Of a stretch of 44,270 bases of DNA, positions 9,161 through 17,382 are shown piece by piece. The notes below the pieces were generated by a model. The model did not search any database and was not told the DNA's origin. It saw nothing but the letters and a program-made list of their open reading frames with translations. The first letter of the stretch is position 1, and every line of letters begins with the position of its first letter. The stretch comes from Candidatus Bathyarchaeia archaeon (GTDB lineage: Archaea > Thermoproteota > Bathyarchaeia > Bathyarchaeales > Bathycorpusculaceae), in the NCBI GenBank assembly GCA_050010515.1, contig JBEKKX010000018.1, positions 1 to 44,270 on the forward strand. Direction: 5' to 3'. The translations under genes were made by a program, and so were the position numbers.

Positions 9161-9979
9161 ATGGTGGAAACTGGAAAATTGAGGGTTAAGCCGAAGGATA
9201 GTGAAGGGTTCTTGACTATCGATGTTCAAAATCAAAAGCCCGAAAACGAGATTGAGCTAGAAAAAGTTGGTGTTGAGGGTTTAAGGAAGTTAGTGTCGTT
9301 GAAAAGGGCTAAAGTCACCTACAACGTTATTGTTACAATAAACAGTTACATAACCTTGCCAGCTAATCTTCGCGGTGCTCACATGAGCCGTTTTGTCGAA
9401 TCAGTTGAAGAGACTTCCAGCACCGCTTCGTCAATAGAAGATTTGGCTGAGCAGATTTCAAAAGGAGCATTAGAAAAGCTTGGATTTGATTGTCAGACTG
9501 AAGTCTTTGGTGAACTTCCCTACGAAAGGACAAGGCCAGGTGGAGCGAAAGAAAATTCAATTGCTCAAATGTTCGCCAAATTCTCTACTATGACAAAAAG
9601 GAAAACTGCAGGCATTCAAATCAACGGAGTCTTAGCTTGCCCATGCTCAAAAGAAATGTGCAACGGCCTAACTCACAACCAAAGAGGCAGCCTCAGCGTC
9701 GAAATCGACAGCTCAAACCACAAAATTCAGCTGCTAGATGTCATCGAGATTTGCAGTCAGAGTTTTAGTTCACCTACATTCTCATTATTAAAAAGGCCTG
9801 AAGAAAAGAAAGTGGTGGAAAAAATGCATAAAAACGCCAAATTTGTGGAAGATGTGACGAGAAAGTGCGTGCAGCTATTAAAAGAAAAGTATCCAAATAG
9901 GTATTGCAAAGTCAAATGCGCGAGCATAGAATCCATTCACGATCATAACGTTTGTTCAGAGTGGCGCGGAGTCCTATAA
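9161..9979 (+). CDS. mptA: GTP cyclohydrolase, FolE2/MptA family
   Basis: DVQ, RGAHMSRF, ACPCS, HNQR, KRPEE, FVEDV, ESIHDH motifs. Confidence 0.85.
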   Translation: MVETGKLRVKPKDSEGFLTIDVQNQKPENEIELEKVGVEGLRKLVSLKRAKVTYNVIVTINSYITLPANLRGAHMSRFVESVEETSSTASSIEDLAEQISKGALEKLGFDCQTEVFGELPYERTRPGGAKENSIAQMFAKFSTMTKRKTAGIQINGVLACPCSKEMCNGLTHNQRGSLSVEIDSSNHKIQLLDVIEICSQSFSSPTFSLLKRPEEKKVVEKMHKNAKFVEDVTRKCVQLLKEKYPNRYCKVKCASIESIHDHNVCSEWRGVL

Positions 9980-9992
9980 CCGAGGTTACAGC

Positions 9993-10352
9993 ATGTATCG
10001 ACTAAGAGTTGAAACAACGTTTGATGCGGCTCACAATATTCTCGCTTCCAATGGCAAATGTGAAAGGTTACATGGGCACACGTGGAAAATAGAACTCTTC
10101 GTTATAGGCGAAAAAACAGAATCTACTGGCATGGTTGTAGACTTTAGCGTTCTTAAGGCAAGCCTGCAAGAATTAGCCGAAAAACTTGATCATACATACC
10201 TAAATGAGCTAACAGAAATCGGCAACCCAACATCCGAAAACATTTCAAAATACGCTTTTGATTACCTAAAGAAAGTAATACCCAACTGCGTGACACTCGA
10301 AAAAGTGAGAGTCTGGGAAAGCCCAAAAAGTTGGTGCGAATACTTAGGGTAA
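9993..10352 (+). CDS. queD: 6-carboxytetrahydropterin synthase / PTPS family
   Basis: FDAAH, CERLHGHTW, DHTYLN, NPTSEN, VWES. Confidence 0.9.
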   Translation: MYRLRVETTFDAAHNILASNGKCERLHGHTWKIELFVIGEKTESTGMVVDFSVLKASLQELAEKLDHTYLNELTEIGNPTSENISKYAFDYLKKVIPNCVTLEKVRVWESPKSWCEYLG

Positions 10353-10482
10353 GCCCAAATAAAAAAGAGTTTTTTGGACGATATTGAGTTTTCAGAAAAC
10401 TGTTCATCGCTTCTATGAACGGCGACTGCAAAGAAGCAAGAAAGAGCTGTGGGCCTCAAAATTATCATTTTTCACCAATTGT

Positions 10483-11634
10483 TTAACTCGCCTGCGCGTT
10501 TGATTGTTGTTGTTTTCTTTTGGTTCTTGTTGCGATTATTAGGCTTGCCACTGCGACTCCTGCGATGACTATGGCGACTAAAACAGTTAGAAGTAGTGTG
10601 TTTCCGCTGGCTGTGCTGGAACTTGTAGCGGTTGGTGTTGGCGTTTGGGTCGCTTGGAGTGCTGGGTTTCCTTGTTGTTGGGCATATACTGAAGCGGGGA
10701 TTGCGCCGGGACCAGCGAATGAACTTGAGCTTGGAGCGCCTGTTGTTGAGCCTGTTTCTGGTGTTGCGGTGGCTGCGTATGGGGTTATCCAGTAGCTTTG
10801 CTGTTGTGTGTACATCGTGATTGTTGCCGTTGTTTGTGGAGGGACTATCAGCGTTGAGCCTGCAACTCCAATGTAGGCTGGCTCCATTGGGCCAGTTACG
10901 TTTACGGGTTCGCCAGCGATGATGACTTGCGGTGCGGTGATGTCGGTGAGGTTTAGGGGTAGCCAGCTCCATGCGTCGATTTGTTCTGGTGCTGTGGGTG
11001 TGACGAGGGTTGCATAGCCGTCGGATCCAGTTGTGGTCCAGGTTGTGACGTTGGGTTCGTAGCCCCAGTAGTATGAGGATCCGAGGGTGGATGCTGAAAC
11101 GGATGCGTCTGCGGCTGCGGTTCCGTTGGCGTAGAGAACTTGTATTGTGAGTGTATTTGTTGGGAATGAAGCCACGTTTTGAGTTGTGATTGTGATAGTT
11201 ATTGAGCTGGAGATTTGCTGTACTGAGTATCCGTATTCGATTGCTGGGGCTATGGAGATGGGCAATGATGGAGTGCTTGGGGAGCTTTCACCGCTGCTTG
11301 ATGTGGCTCCTAGTCCCAGGGGAACTGGATAGTTCGAGTTGGTTTGGTTGTTTGCGGTGACGGTGAAGATGTATTGTCCGTTTGGAAGTTCGAAGGAGGC
11401 GGCGGGATAATAGGTTTGGACTGAGGATTCCTGGTAGCCGGTCATGTTGAATGCTGAGACTGTGAAGTAGCCTGATTGTATGTTTGAGGTTTGGATGTTT
11501 ATTTGGACGTTGTTGTATGAGGTTAGGCTGGCAGACGAAAGTGAAGTTACGCTTAAAAGGCTGAGACCTAAAACAATTATGAACGCAACAAAACAGAAGC
11601 TTGTCTTGAAGTTACGCATTAAAATTGCCTCCAA
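10483..11634 (-). CDS. Thr/Ser-rich cell-surface protein with signal peptide and C-terminal TM anchor
   Basis: signal peptide; beta-rich body; TPTPT linker; TM followed by a basic tail; true start likely ATG at 11619. Confidence 0.8.
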   Translation of the reverse strand: MEAILMRNFKTSFCFVAFIIVLGLSLLSVTSLSSASLTSYNNVQINIQTSNIQSGYFTVSAFNMTGYQESSVQTYYPAASFELPNGQYIFTVTANNQTNSNYPVPLGLGATSSSGESSPSTPSLPISIAPAIEYGYSVQQISSSITITITTQNVASFPTNTLTIQVLYANGTAAADASVSASTLGSSYYWGYEPNVTTWTTTGSDGYATLVTPTAPEQIDAWSWLPLNLTDITAPQVIIAGEPVNVTGPMEPAYIGVAGSTLIVPPQTTATITMYTQQQSYWITPYAATATPETGSTTGAPSSSSFAGPGAIPASVYAQQQGNPALQATQTPTPTATSSSTASGNTLLLTVLVAIVIAGVAVASLIIATRTKRKQQQSNAQAS

Positions 11635-12190
11635 TGTTTATTGTAATTTGTATCGGCGTGGTCTGTATTCCGTACGTTGGGCCTGTTTGGCCAATTATGT
11701 TGTAGGTTCCTGATGAGACCGGTTCTCCTTGAACTTGGGCGTTGAAATTGCATGTCTGCAGCCAAGTGAAGTTGGCCGAAATGCTGTCTCCGGCGGGAAG
11801 CGGCTCGATTGCTATGAATTGCGGTATGGCTTGGAAATTTGACCACTGGTACACTACGTTGTTTGTGCCGTTGTAAACTTGAAAATCAAAATCCAATCCT
11901 GTGTGCGTAAAGTTTATTGTTTGACTACTGATGTTGGTGATTGTCAAAGTTAGGTTGACAGGTTCGCCTAAACTGTAAGAGGTTTTGTCGAGGGTCATGG
12001 TGAGTTCGAGATTGCCGTTTCCTCCTGATGCCAAGGGCTGGTTGGGGTATTGAAGGATAGAACCTGGTTCAGAATTTGATTTTGGCGTCTGTTGGGCAGG
12101 GAAGAACGATAGGCTTACTCCGCCCAAAAGAATTATTGCAACTGAAGCAAGAACAATTGCAAGGATTATTTTCTTTTTCTGTTCACTCAT
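11612..12190 (-). CDS. exported protein with a BsuPI-like Ig-fold domain
   Basis: signal anchor; DKTSYSLGEPVNLTLTITN...FDFQVYN...VYQWS pattern. Confidence 0.7.
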   Translation of the reverse strand: MSEQKKKIILAIVLASVAIILLGGVSLSFFPAQQTPKSNSEPGSILQYPNQPLASGGNGNLELTMTLDKTSYSLGEPVNLTLTITNISSQTINFTHTGLDFDFQVYNGTNNVVYQWSNFQAIPQFIAIEPLPAGDSISANFTWLQTCNFNAQVQGEPVSSGTYNIIGQTGPTYGIQTTPIQITINIGGNFNA

Positions 12191-12254
12191 GAGCTATCGT
12201 CCTTTTGGGTTTGATAAGCTTCTAGACTTTGGAGCCTTACTTAATTCTATGCAA

Positions 12255-12295
12255 TAGAACATGTGTTCTAATTGTTTGATTTTTCGTTCTAATTG
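12255..12295. promoter_or_regulatory. candidate operator between divergent genes
   Basis: palindrome TAGAAC-ATGT-GTTCTA (12255-12270) and a GTTCTAATTG direct repeat (12265, 12286). Confidence 0.55.
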
Positions 12296-12355
12296 ATTGA
12301 ACGGAAAATCATTTATAATATCAACGGTGAATGTGATTGGCGGAGTAGTGGTACC

Positions 12356-12778
12356 TTGACAGCGGATAAACCTGAAAGTATGTTGAAGGGGACTACGCTG
12401 GAGGTTTATCGGTTCTTGTTAAAGAGCAACAAGCCTGTTGGAGCAAGAGAGGTTCAAAAAGCTCTCGATTTGAGCACTCCTTCATTGGCGGTTTATCATC
12501 TCTCTAAACTAGAGGACGTAGGGTTGCTAAAACGTGAGGATGGCGGCTATGCTATCAATAAGGTTGTTTTGGAAGACGGCATAAAGATCAGTCGCTTCTT
12601 AATCCCAAGGTTTCTGTTTTACGCCATTTTTTCAGTTTTACTTCTCGTCACCGAATTAACCGTTCTAAGACCGCCCGTAGTAACTGGCGAATACTTCTTC
12701 GCCACAACAGGTACATTCATATGTGCCTTAGCTTTCTGCTACGAAACTGCAAGGGTATGGAACAAAGGCGGTTTCTAG
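12356..12778 (+). CDS. winged-HTH transcription regulator with two C-terminal TM helices
   Basis: GAREVQKALDLSTPSLAVYHLSKLEDVGLL HTH; two hydrophobic segments; start set at the TTG after GGAG. Confidence 0.8.
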   Translation: MTADKPESMLKGTTLEVYRFLLKSNKPVGAREVQKALDLSTPSLAVYHLSKLEDVGLLKREDGGYAINKVVLEDGIKISRFLIPRFLFYAIFSVLLLVTELTVLRPPVVTGEYFFATTGTFICALAFCYETARVWNKGGF

Positions 12779-12919
12779 CGCGCTCTACAGTTGCTCGTGT
12801 TCACTTGCGCTTAGCCACCACTCGAGTCTTGAAACAAAAGTGACTTTGTTATTTTTTCGCTACAGCCATATACATTTAAGAAAGCTTGAACCCGCTTTTA
12901 GAATGTTTAGGTGTTAGCT

Positions 12920-13000
12920 ATGAGCGACAAAGAGCCTCATCAGCCTCACACGTTGGGTGCGACACGTGCGCTATATGTACGTCTTGTAAACGAATTGTAG
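12920..13000 (+). pseudogene. short ORF or gene stub (MSDKEPHQPHTLGATRALYVRLVNEL) whose stop overlaps an AGCGCGC site
   Basis: AGGTG RBS; TAG at 12998-13000 overlaps the motif. Confidence 0.35.
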
Positions 13001-13005
13001 CGCGC

Positions 13006-13074
13006 GAGCCTAAGACGATTATGAACGCTAAAAAACGGAAGTTTGTCTTAAAGTTAAACGTTTAAATTAACTCC
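13006..13074 (-). pseudogene. decayed copy of the RBS and signal-peptide region of the 10483-11634 gene
   Basis: cctaagacgattatgaacgctaaaaaacggaagtttgtcttaaagtta aligns with cctaaaacaattatgaacgcaacaaaacagaagcttgtcttgaagtta (11567-11614); start codon lost; similarity ends at the GCGCGC motif. Confidence 0.75.
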
Positions 13075-13415
13075 GTTGCTTAAAACAGAGTTTTCGGTTC
13101 ATATAAAGCTCACCTTAAATCTTCTCTTGACGTTGCTTTTTGGTTCTGTTGATGCTAAAGATTGTAGGGTTGAAGAAATAATGGGCAATTGACTTGCAAC
13201 AATTAAGTGTGAATAGGCATGGTTAACGTATTTGTCCGTTAGCGTTGAGGATTTTGCTGATGATTTTTCGTCTATGGTCACGTTGAACGTATCTTTAAGA
13301 AAACTAGGGATATGATGATGCTTGGGATGTCAGGGTTAGTGAGATGGTTATCAGCACGCGAAGCGTTGTCAGTTGAGGTGGCGTTGGTTTGAGTATTTGA
13401 TGCAGTTGAGCGCGC

Positions 13416-13850
13416 TCATCGGCTGTTGTCGGCTAAGGGATATCGGCTCATGGCAGCGAGCATTACTTCACTGAAGCTTTTTTTGCTGAGGTGCCTAGCA
13501 AAATCGGAAGTAGCTATTATACCGACCAACACGTTATTCTTCGTAACGGGAAGCCGCCTTATTTTGTACTTGACCATTTTCCTCGCAGCATCTCGCAGTG
13601 GGGACTCCTCCTCAATTGTTATGAGCGGATCTGACATTATCTCAGAGACTTTAGTTTCAAGCGGTTTTTTCTGCGCCAATACCCTTCTAACTAAGTCTCT
13701 TTCAGTAACTATGCCCTTAGCCACAATACCCTCCATTACTACAAGATCACCTACATCTTGTTGGTGCATTAGCTTTGCAGCCTCAAACACGGTCCCCTGA
13801 ACATCAATTGTGATGACATTCGTTGTCATAAAATCTCTTACAGTTGGCAT
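13416..13850 (-). CDS. CBS-domain pair protein
   Basis: VRDFMT...GIVTERD...VSEIMS...IRRLPV...GIIATSD. Confidence 0.92.
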   Translation of the reverse strand: MPTVRDFMTTNVITIDVQGTVFEAAKLMHQQDVGDLVVMEGIVAKGIVTERDLVRRVLAQKKPLETKVSEIMSDPLITIEEESPLRDAARKMVKYKIRRLPVTKNNVLVGIIATSDFARHLSKKSFSEVMLAAMSRYPLADNSR

Positions 13851-14154
13851 AATTTTACAAATCTATAAACTATCGTATAAAAGTTTTGTACGTTACAATT
13901 CTGGATCAGGATCCAAATATGTTATACCTGATTTCCATTGCAGTCAAGATTTCAGACCGAAATATCTTTCCAGTTTCATGTTTGTTGCCAGCGACTTCTT
14001 TGTATTCGATCAACAGCAACTCATAGAACCGTTTAAGCAAGGTAATGTTAATTATGTCACTCGATCTCTGAATCTCAAACGTTTCTCCGCTTCCTCTTAC
14101 GCTCTTTGTCAGAATCGTGTAATCACCTTTAGTGGTGAAAACGATCTTGCATGA

Positions 14155-14295
14155 TTCGCGCAACCCTTCAACCCACGCAAGGGCTTTACAGTCAAAGTCT
14201 TAGAAAACCCTGAAGAAATAAAAAGCCTCTTGGAAGTAGGATTCGAATATGTCTGCCAAAAGGACAACTTAATATTCCTGAGAAAAAGAAAATGA
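14155..14295 (+). pseudogene. C-terminal remnant of a tyrosine integrase
   Basis: start-less frame ...FTVKVLENPEEIKSLLEVGFEYVCQKDNLIFLRKRK*, resembling the GFEYV...FRKRK tail I recall from archaeal tRNA-associated integrases; 53 bp upstream of tRNA-His. Confidence 0.65.
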
Positions 14296-14348
14296 TTAAT
14301 AACCAAGCTATCAGCGACGGGCAAAAAGTAGCCGAAAACACCAAAAGC

Positions 14349-14422
14349 GGCCGAGGTGAGGTAGCTTGGTAGCCTAGAGGCCTGTGGAGCCTTTTGCCAG
14401 GGTTCAAATCCCTGCCTCGGCC
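14349..14422 (+). tRNA. tRNA-His(GUG) with encoded G-1
   Basis: acceptor GCCGAGG/CCTCGGC, anticodon arm GAGGC-CTGTGGA-GCCTT, T-loop TTCAAAT. Confidence 0.95.
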
Positions 14423-14447
14423 CTCCTCAAATTTGATCCACACAAGT

Positions 14448-14566
14448 GCAGGGGTCGCCGAGCATGGTCAAAGGCGTAGAACCACTCTCCCACAAGAGGG
14501 CGGTATGTCAGCTTCAGGAGCCTATCCTGTAGAGGTTCGTGGGTTCAAATCCCACCCCCTGCACCA
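14448..14566 (+). tRNA. tRNA-Leu(CAG) with a 31-nt intron (14480-14510) at non-canonical position 29/30; CCA encoded
   Basis: acceptor GCAGGGG/CCCCTGC; long variable arm; removing the intron restores the TAGGC/GCCTA stem; full bulge-helix-bulge can be drawn. Confidence 0.92.
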
Positions 14567-14585
14567 TAAGCAAGATCTATAAGTT

Positions 14586-14732
14586 TCATTTAGTCGGTTC
14601 TGGTGTGAAAAGCCTGTTTGGTTGAACTGAAAAAGTAACTGTGATTTTCTGCTTGACTGGGTCTGCTTCGAACACGCGGGCATCCGCCCATGCAGTTTGC
14701 CATTTAACCTAAATTTGTCTCAGGATTATCAT
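14586..14732 (-). pseudogene. leuS: N-terminal remnant of leucyl-tRNA synthetase with an in-frame stop
   Basis: MIILRQI*VKWQTAWADARVFEADPVKQKITVTF matches the archaeal LeuRS start (IExKWQ..W...+FE.DP...K..+TF). Confidence 0.6.
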
Positions 14733-14806
14733 AAACTGTTGAACGACCCCATAAACTATTCAGAGCTTTGCTTTCCCGGTTATGCTTTGACCCAAAATAC
14801 CGAGAA

Positions 14807-14836
14807 ATTGTTCTCTGACCTGAACAATCTTTTAAA
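14807..14836 (+). promoter_or_regulatory. inverted repeat plus TATA box upstream of the prenyltransferase
   Basis: ATTGTTC-N8-GAACAAT immediately followed by CTTTTAAA, about 25 bp before the ATG. Confidence 0.5.
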
Positions 14837-14861
14837 CTACAAACGCAGATAGAGTTAGAAC

Positions 14862-15848
14862 ATGTCACACAAAAAAGGAAAGCTGGTAGTTGCAGAACTG
14901 AGAAAAGGAAGCGAAAAAGGGCTCGACCTGGCAAAACAGATTTTGCGGGCGGAAAAAATGGAGCCTCCAAAACTGCGTAGCGCGTTTGAACATTACCTTG
15001 AACACTGGGATGACTTCACTCATGCAGGCTTATTTTCAATGGCATGTGAGGCTGTGGGAGGAAATCCAGACGATAGCGTACTCGCGCAAGCTGCGATAGC
15101 TATGATGGCAGCTGCATTTGACCTACACGACGATATATTAGACAAATCTAAAGCGAAAAACAAGATCCCCACTGTTTATGGCAAGTTCGGCGTCGAGATG
15201 GCGCTACTTCTTGGCGACGCGTTCTTGATCGAAGGCTTCAAAATTTTTGCCGATTCAACGACAACATTTTCGCAGGAAAAAAGGAAGAACATACTTGAAA
15301 CGACTAAAAACTTGCTTTTTGAAGTCGGAAATGCACATTCTTTGGAAGTCTACTTAAAACAGAGGAAACGAGTTACTCAGAATGACTATATGATGATTAC
15401 TGAACTGAAGGCTGCATCAATCGAGGCGGACCTCATGCTCGGCGCACTTTTCGGGGGAGGCAACGAAACCGAAGTGGCGAACTTGGCTAAACTGGGAAGA
15501 ATTATCGGAATACTAGCCACCTTGCGAGATGATCTCGTGGATGTTTTTGACATTGAAGAGCTTCGTCAACGAATCATCGTTCAGGATTTGCCCCTGCCGC
15601 TTCTGTTTGCAATGCAAGATAAAGAAACGAGAACCAGAATCATGTCAATTCTCTCAGAACCCAAAATGACACAAAGCGCGGTCTCTGAATTAGTAGACCT
15701 GACTCTTAAAGCTAAACCTGTCGCTAAAATGAAAGATAGAATGAAGCTCCTCATTGACGAAGGATTATCTCTATCCAATAGACTCCCAAGGAAGGAACTG
15801 CAGATCAATCTTCAAGCAGTTGTATCATTCATGCTTGAAGATTTATAG
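14862..15848 (+). CDS. class I isoprenoid synthase / polyprenyl synthetase-family protein, atypical
   Basis: FARM DLHDDILD, ALLLGDAF, SARM LRDDLVD; lacks the GGKR and RRG IPP-binding motifs. Confidence 0.85.
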   Translation: MSHKKGKLVVAELRKGSEKGLDLAKQILRAEKMEPPKLRSAFEHYLEHWDDFTHAGLFSMACEAVGGNPDDSVLAQAAIAMMAAAFDLHDDILDKSKAKNKIPTVYGKFGVEMALLLGDAFLIEGFKIFADSTTTFSQEKRKNILETTKNLLFEVGNAHSLEVYLKQRKRVTQNDYMMITELKAASIEADLMLGALFGGGNETEVANLAKLGRIIGILATLRDDLVDVFDIEELRQRIIVQDLPLPLLFAMQDKETRTRIMSILSEPKMTQSAVSELVDLTLKAKPVAKMKDRMKLLIDEGLSLSNRLPRKELQINLQAVVSFMLEDL

Positions 15849-15852
15849 CCTC

Positions 15853-15900
15853 TTACGGCAATACTCGAACGGGTACTTCTTTCTTTTTTGCTTTCTTCAT
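15853..15900 (-). CDS. candidate 15-aa micro-ORF MKKAKKKEVPVRVLP
   Basis: GAGGT RBS and AAAGCTTATTA TATA-like element upstream; stop 4 bp from the convergent prenyltransferase stop. Confidence 0.4.
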   Translation of the reverse strand: MKKAKKKEVPVRVLP

Positions 15901-16032
15901 TGCCTTCTACCTCTTTCGTGTAGTACACCTGTAGAACACATCTGCTAATAAGCTTTGTGTTGAACAGAAATACAGAATCATAAATTAACAAGAGTTTTAT
16001 CCTTAAAACATATATTTCACACAGAACACACG

Positions 16033-17358
16033 ATGAGTTCAATTAGAACACTTAGAAACAAAATATTCCGAAGAGAGACAGCACCTGCGATTTTGCTAGT
16101 GGTCAACACCTTCGTATGGTACATATTGACCTATGTCGTCTTTAGTAATATTATTAACTTAAATGTGCTCGAAAACCAAAGACTAGATTTATTCACTGCT
16201 TATTTTTTGGGAATTGCCGTGACGGCAATTATTGGTTCAAAAGTATCCCCTCGAGCGCGTGATCGTTTTCTAAGTATATGGTTGTTTTTAGGAGTTATAG
16301 CTACTTTTCTTCTCTCTATGGTTTCTGCTGACAATTTAATAATTAATGTGTTGATTGGTTCTTTCTTTGGGGCTTCAATCGGATTAGGGTTGCCTTCTTG
16401 TTTAAGCTATTTCGCAAAGTCAACTGCTATTGAAAATCGTGGTCTAATAGGTGGAGTAATCTGGAGCGCTGTTGGATTCATTTTTTTAGCATTTGGGTTG
16501 TTGATAAGTGTGTCAGGACTGTTAGAAGCGATCATATTATTGGCAATCTGGAGACTTATTGGTGGCGTTGGCTTCTTTTTTCTCAATAGAACTCATGAGA
16601 AGACTGAAGTGCAGAAATCTCCAAGCTATTTGGACCTTGTTCGTAAAAAAGAGATATTGTTGTACTTGTTTCCATGGGTAATGTTCTCTCTCATAAACTT
16701 TACAGAGACCCCGATGTTGGCGAGGGTCTTTGGCGACAAATTTGCACTCGTGCAAATTACAGAGTTTGCTTTTGTCGGTATTTTCGCGTTCATAGGTGGT
16801 TTTGTAGCAGATATTGCAGGGAGAAAGCGAGTAGTTATCGCTGGCTTCGTTATGCTGGGTATCGAATATGCTACAATGAGTGCATTTTCAACCTCCTCAT
16901 TTGCAATATATATTTTCACGATTCTTGATGGTATAACATGGGGTTTACTTTTCTCGGTTTTCTTTACCGTTATTTGGGGAGATCTTGGAGAAAATTTTGA
17001 AAAAGAAAAATTTTATGCACTAGGCGGTATTCCGTTTCTTCTTGCCAGCTTCTTATCTGTCCTAATCCAACCCTACGCGAATGATATTCCCTTAGCCACC
17101 GCTTTCACTTTAGCAAGTTTCTTCCTTTTTGCGGCCGTCATCCCTTTGATGTATGCTCCTGAGACTCTGCCTGAGAAAGCCATCAAGGACAGAGACCTTA
17201 AAAGCTATGTTGAGAAGGCGCAGAAAGTGGCACAGAAAGAAGAGAGGAAAAACCAGAAAAAAGAGAAAAAGAAAAACCAGCAAGCGCCCGAAGCCGAAAA
17301 AGAAGAAAACACTGAAGAATACAATGAAGCACGTAAGTTGGCAGAAAAATACTATTAA
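16033..17358 (+). CDS. MFS transporter with a charged C-terminal tail
   Basis: about 12 TM segments; motif A GFVADIAGRKR; APETLP after the last TM. Confidence 0.88.
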   Translation: MSSIRTLRNKIFRRETAPAILLVVNTFVWYILTYVVFSNIINLNVLENQRLDLFTAYFLGIAVTAIIGSKVSPRARDRFLSIWLFLGVIATFLLSMVSADNLIINVLIGSFFGASIGLGLPSCLSYFAKSTAIENRGLIGGVIWSAVGFIFLAFGLLISVSGLLEAIILLAIWRLIGGVGFFFLNRTHEKTEVQKSPSYLDLVRKKEILLYLFPWVMFSLINFTETPMLARVFGDKFALVQITEFAFVGIFAFIGGFVADIAGRKRVVIAGFVMLGIEYATMSAFSTSSFAIYIFTILDGITWGLLFSVFFTVIWGDLGENFEKEKFYALGGIPFLLASFLSVLIQPYANDIPLATAFTLASFFLFAAVIPLMYAPETLPEKAIKDRDLKSYVEKAQKVAQKEERKNQKKEKKKNQQAPEAEKEENTEEYNEARKLAEKYY

Positions 17359-17382
17359 ACCAGCATCATTAATAGTTAAGCC

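Larger units (their letters stand above)
1496..13416. repeat. dispersed palindromic motif AGCGCGCT/(A)GCGCGC at gene boundaries: 1496, 2249, 3597, 3718, 6825, 12777, 12999, 13409
   Basis: read directly from sequence; copies abut or overlap stop codons or truncation points; none seen after 13.5 kb by eye. Confidence 0.85.

Noticed and set aside
10472-10972. 166-aa Arg/His-rich ORF and other overlapping ORFs
   Set aside because: Alternative frames of the compositionally biased surface-protein gene.
1496-13416. Classical integron attC sites
   Set aside because: No RYYYAAC/GTTRRRY boxes or long imperfect hairpins around the motifs; only a short palindromic core is shared.
13810-14163. 114-aa (+) and 85-aa (-) ORFs, possibly a transposase remnant
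   Set aside because: No motif I can support; they overlap each other in a decayed region.
14192-14582. ORFs of 83 aa and 62 aa
   Set aside because: They overlap tRNA-His and tRNA-Leu; shadow ORFs.
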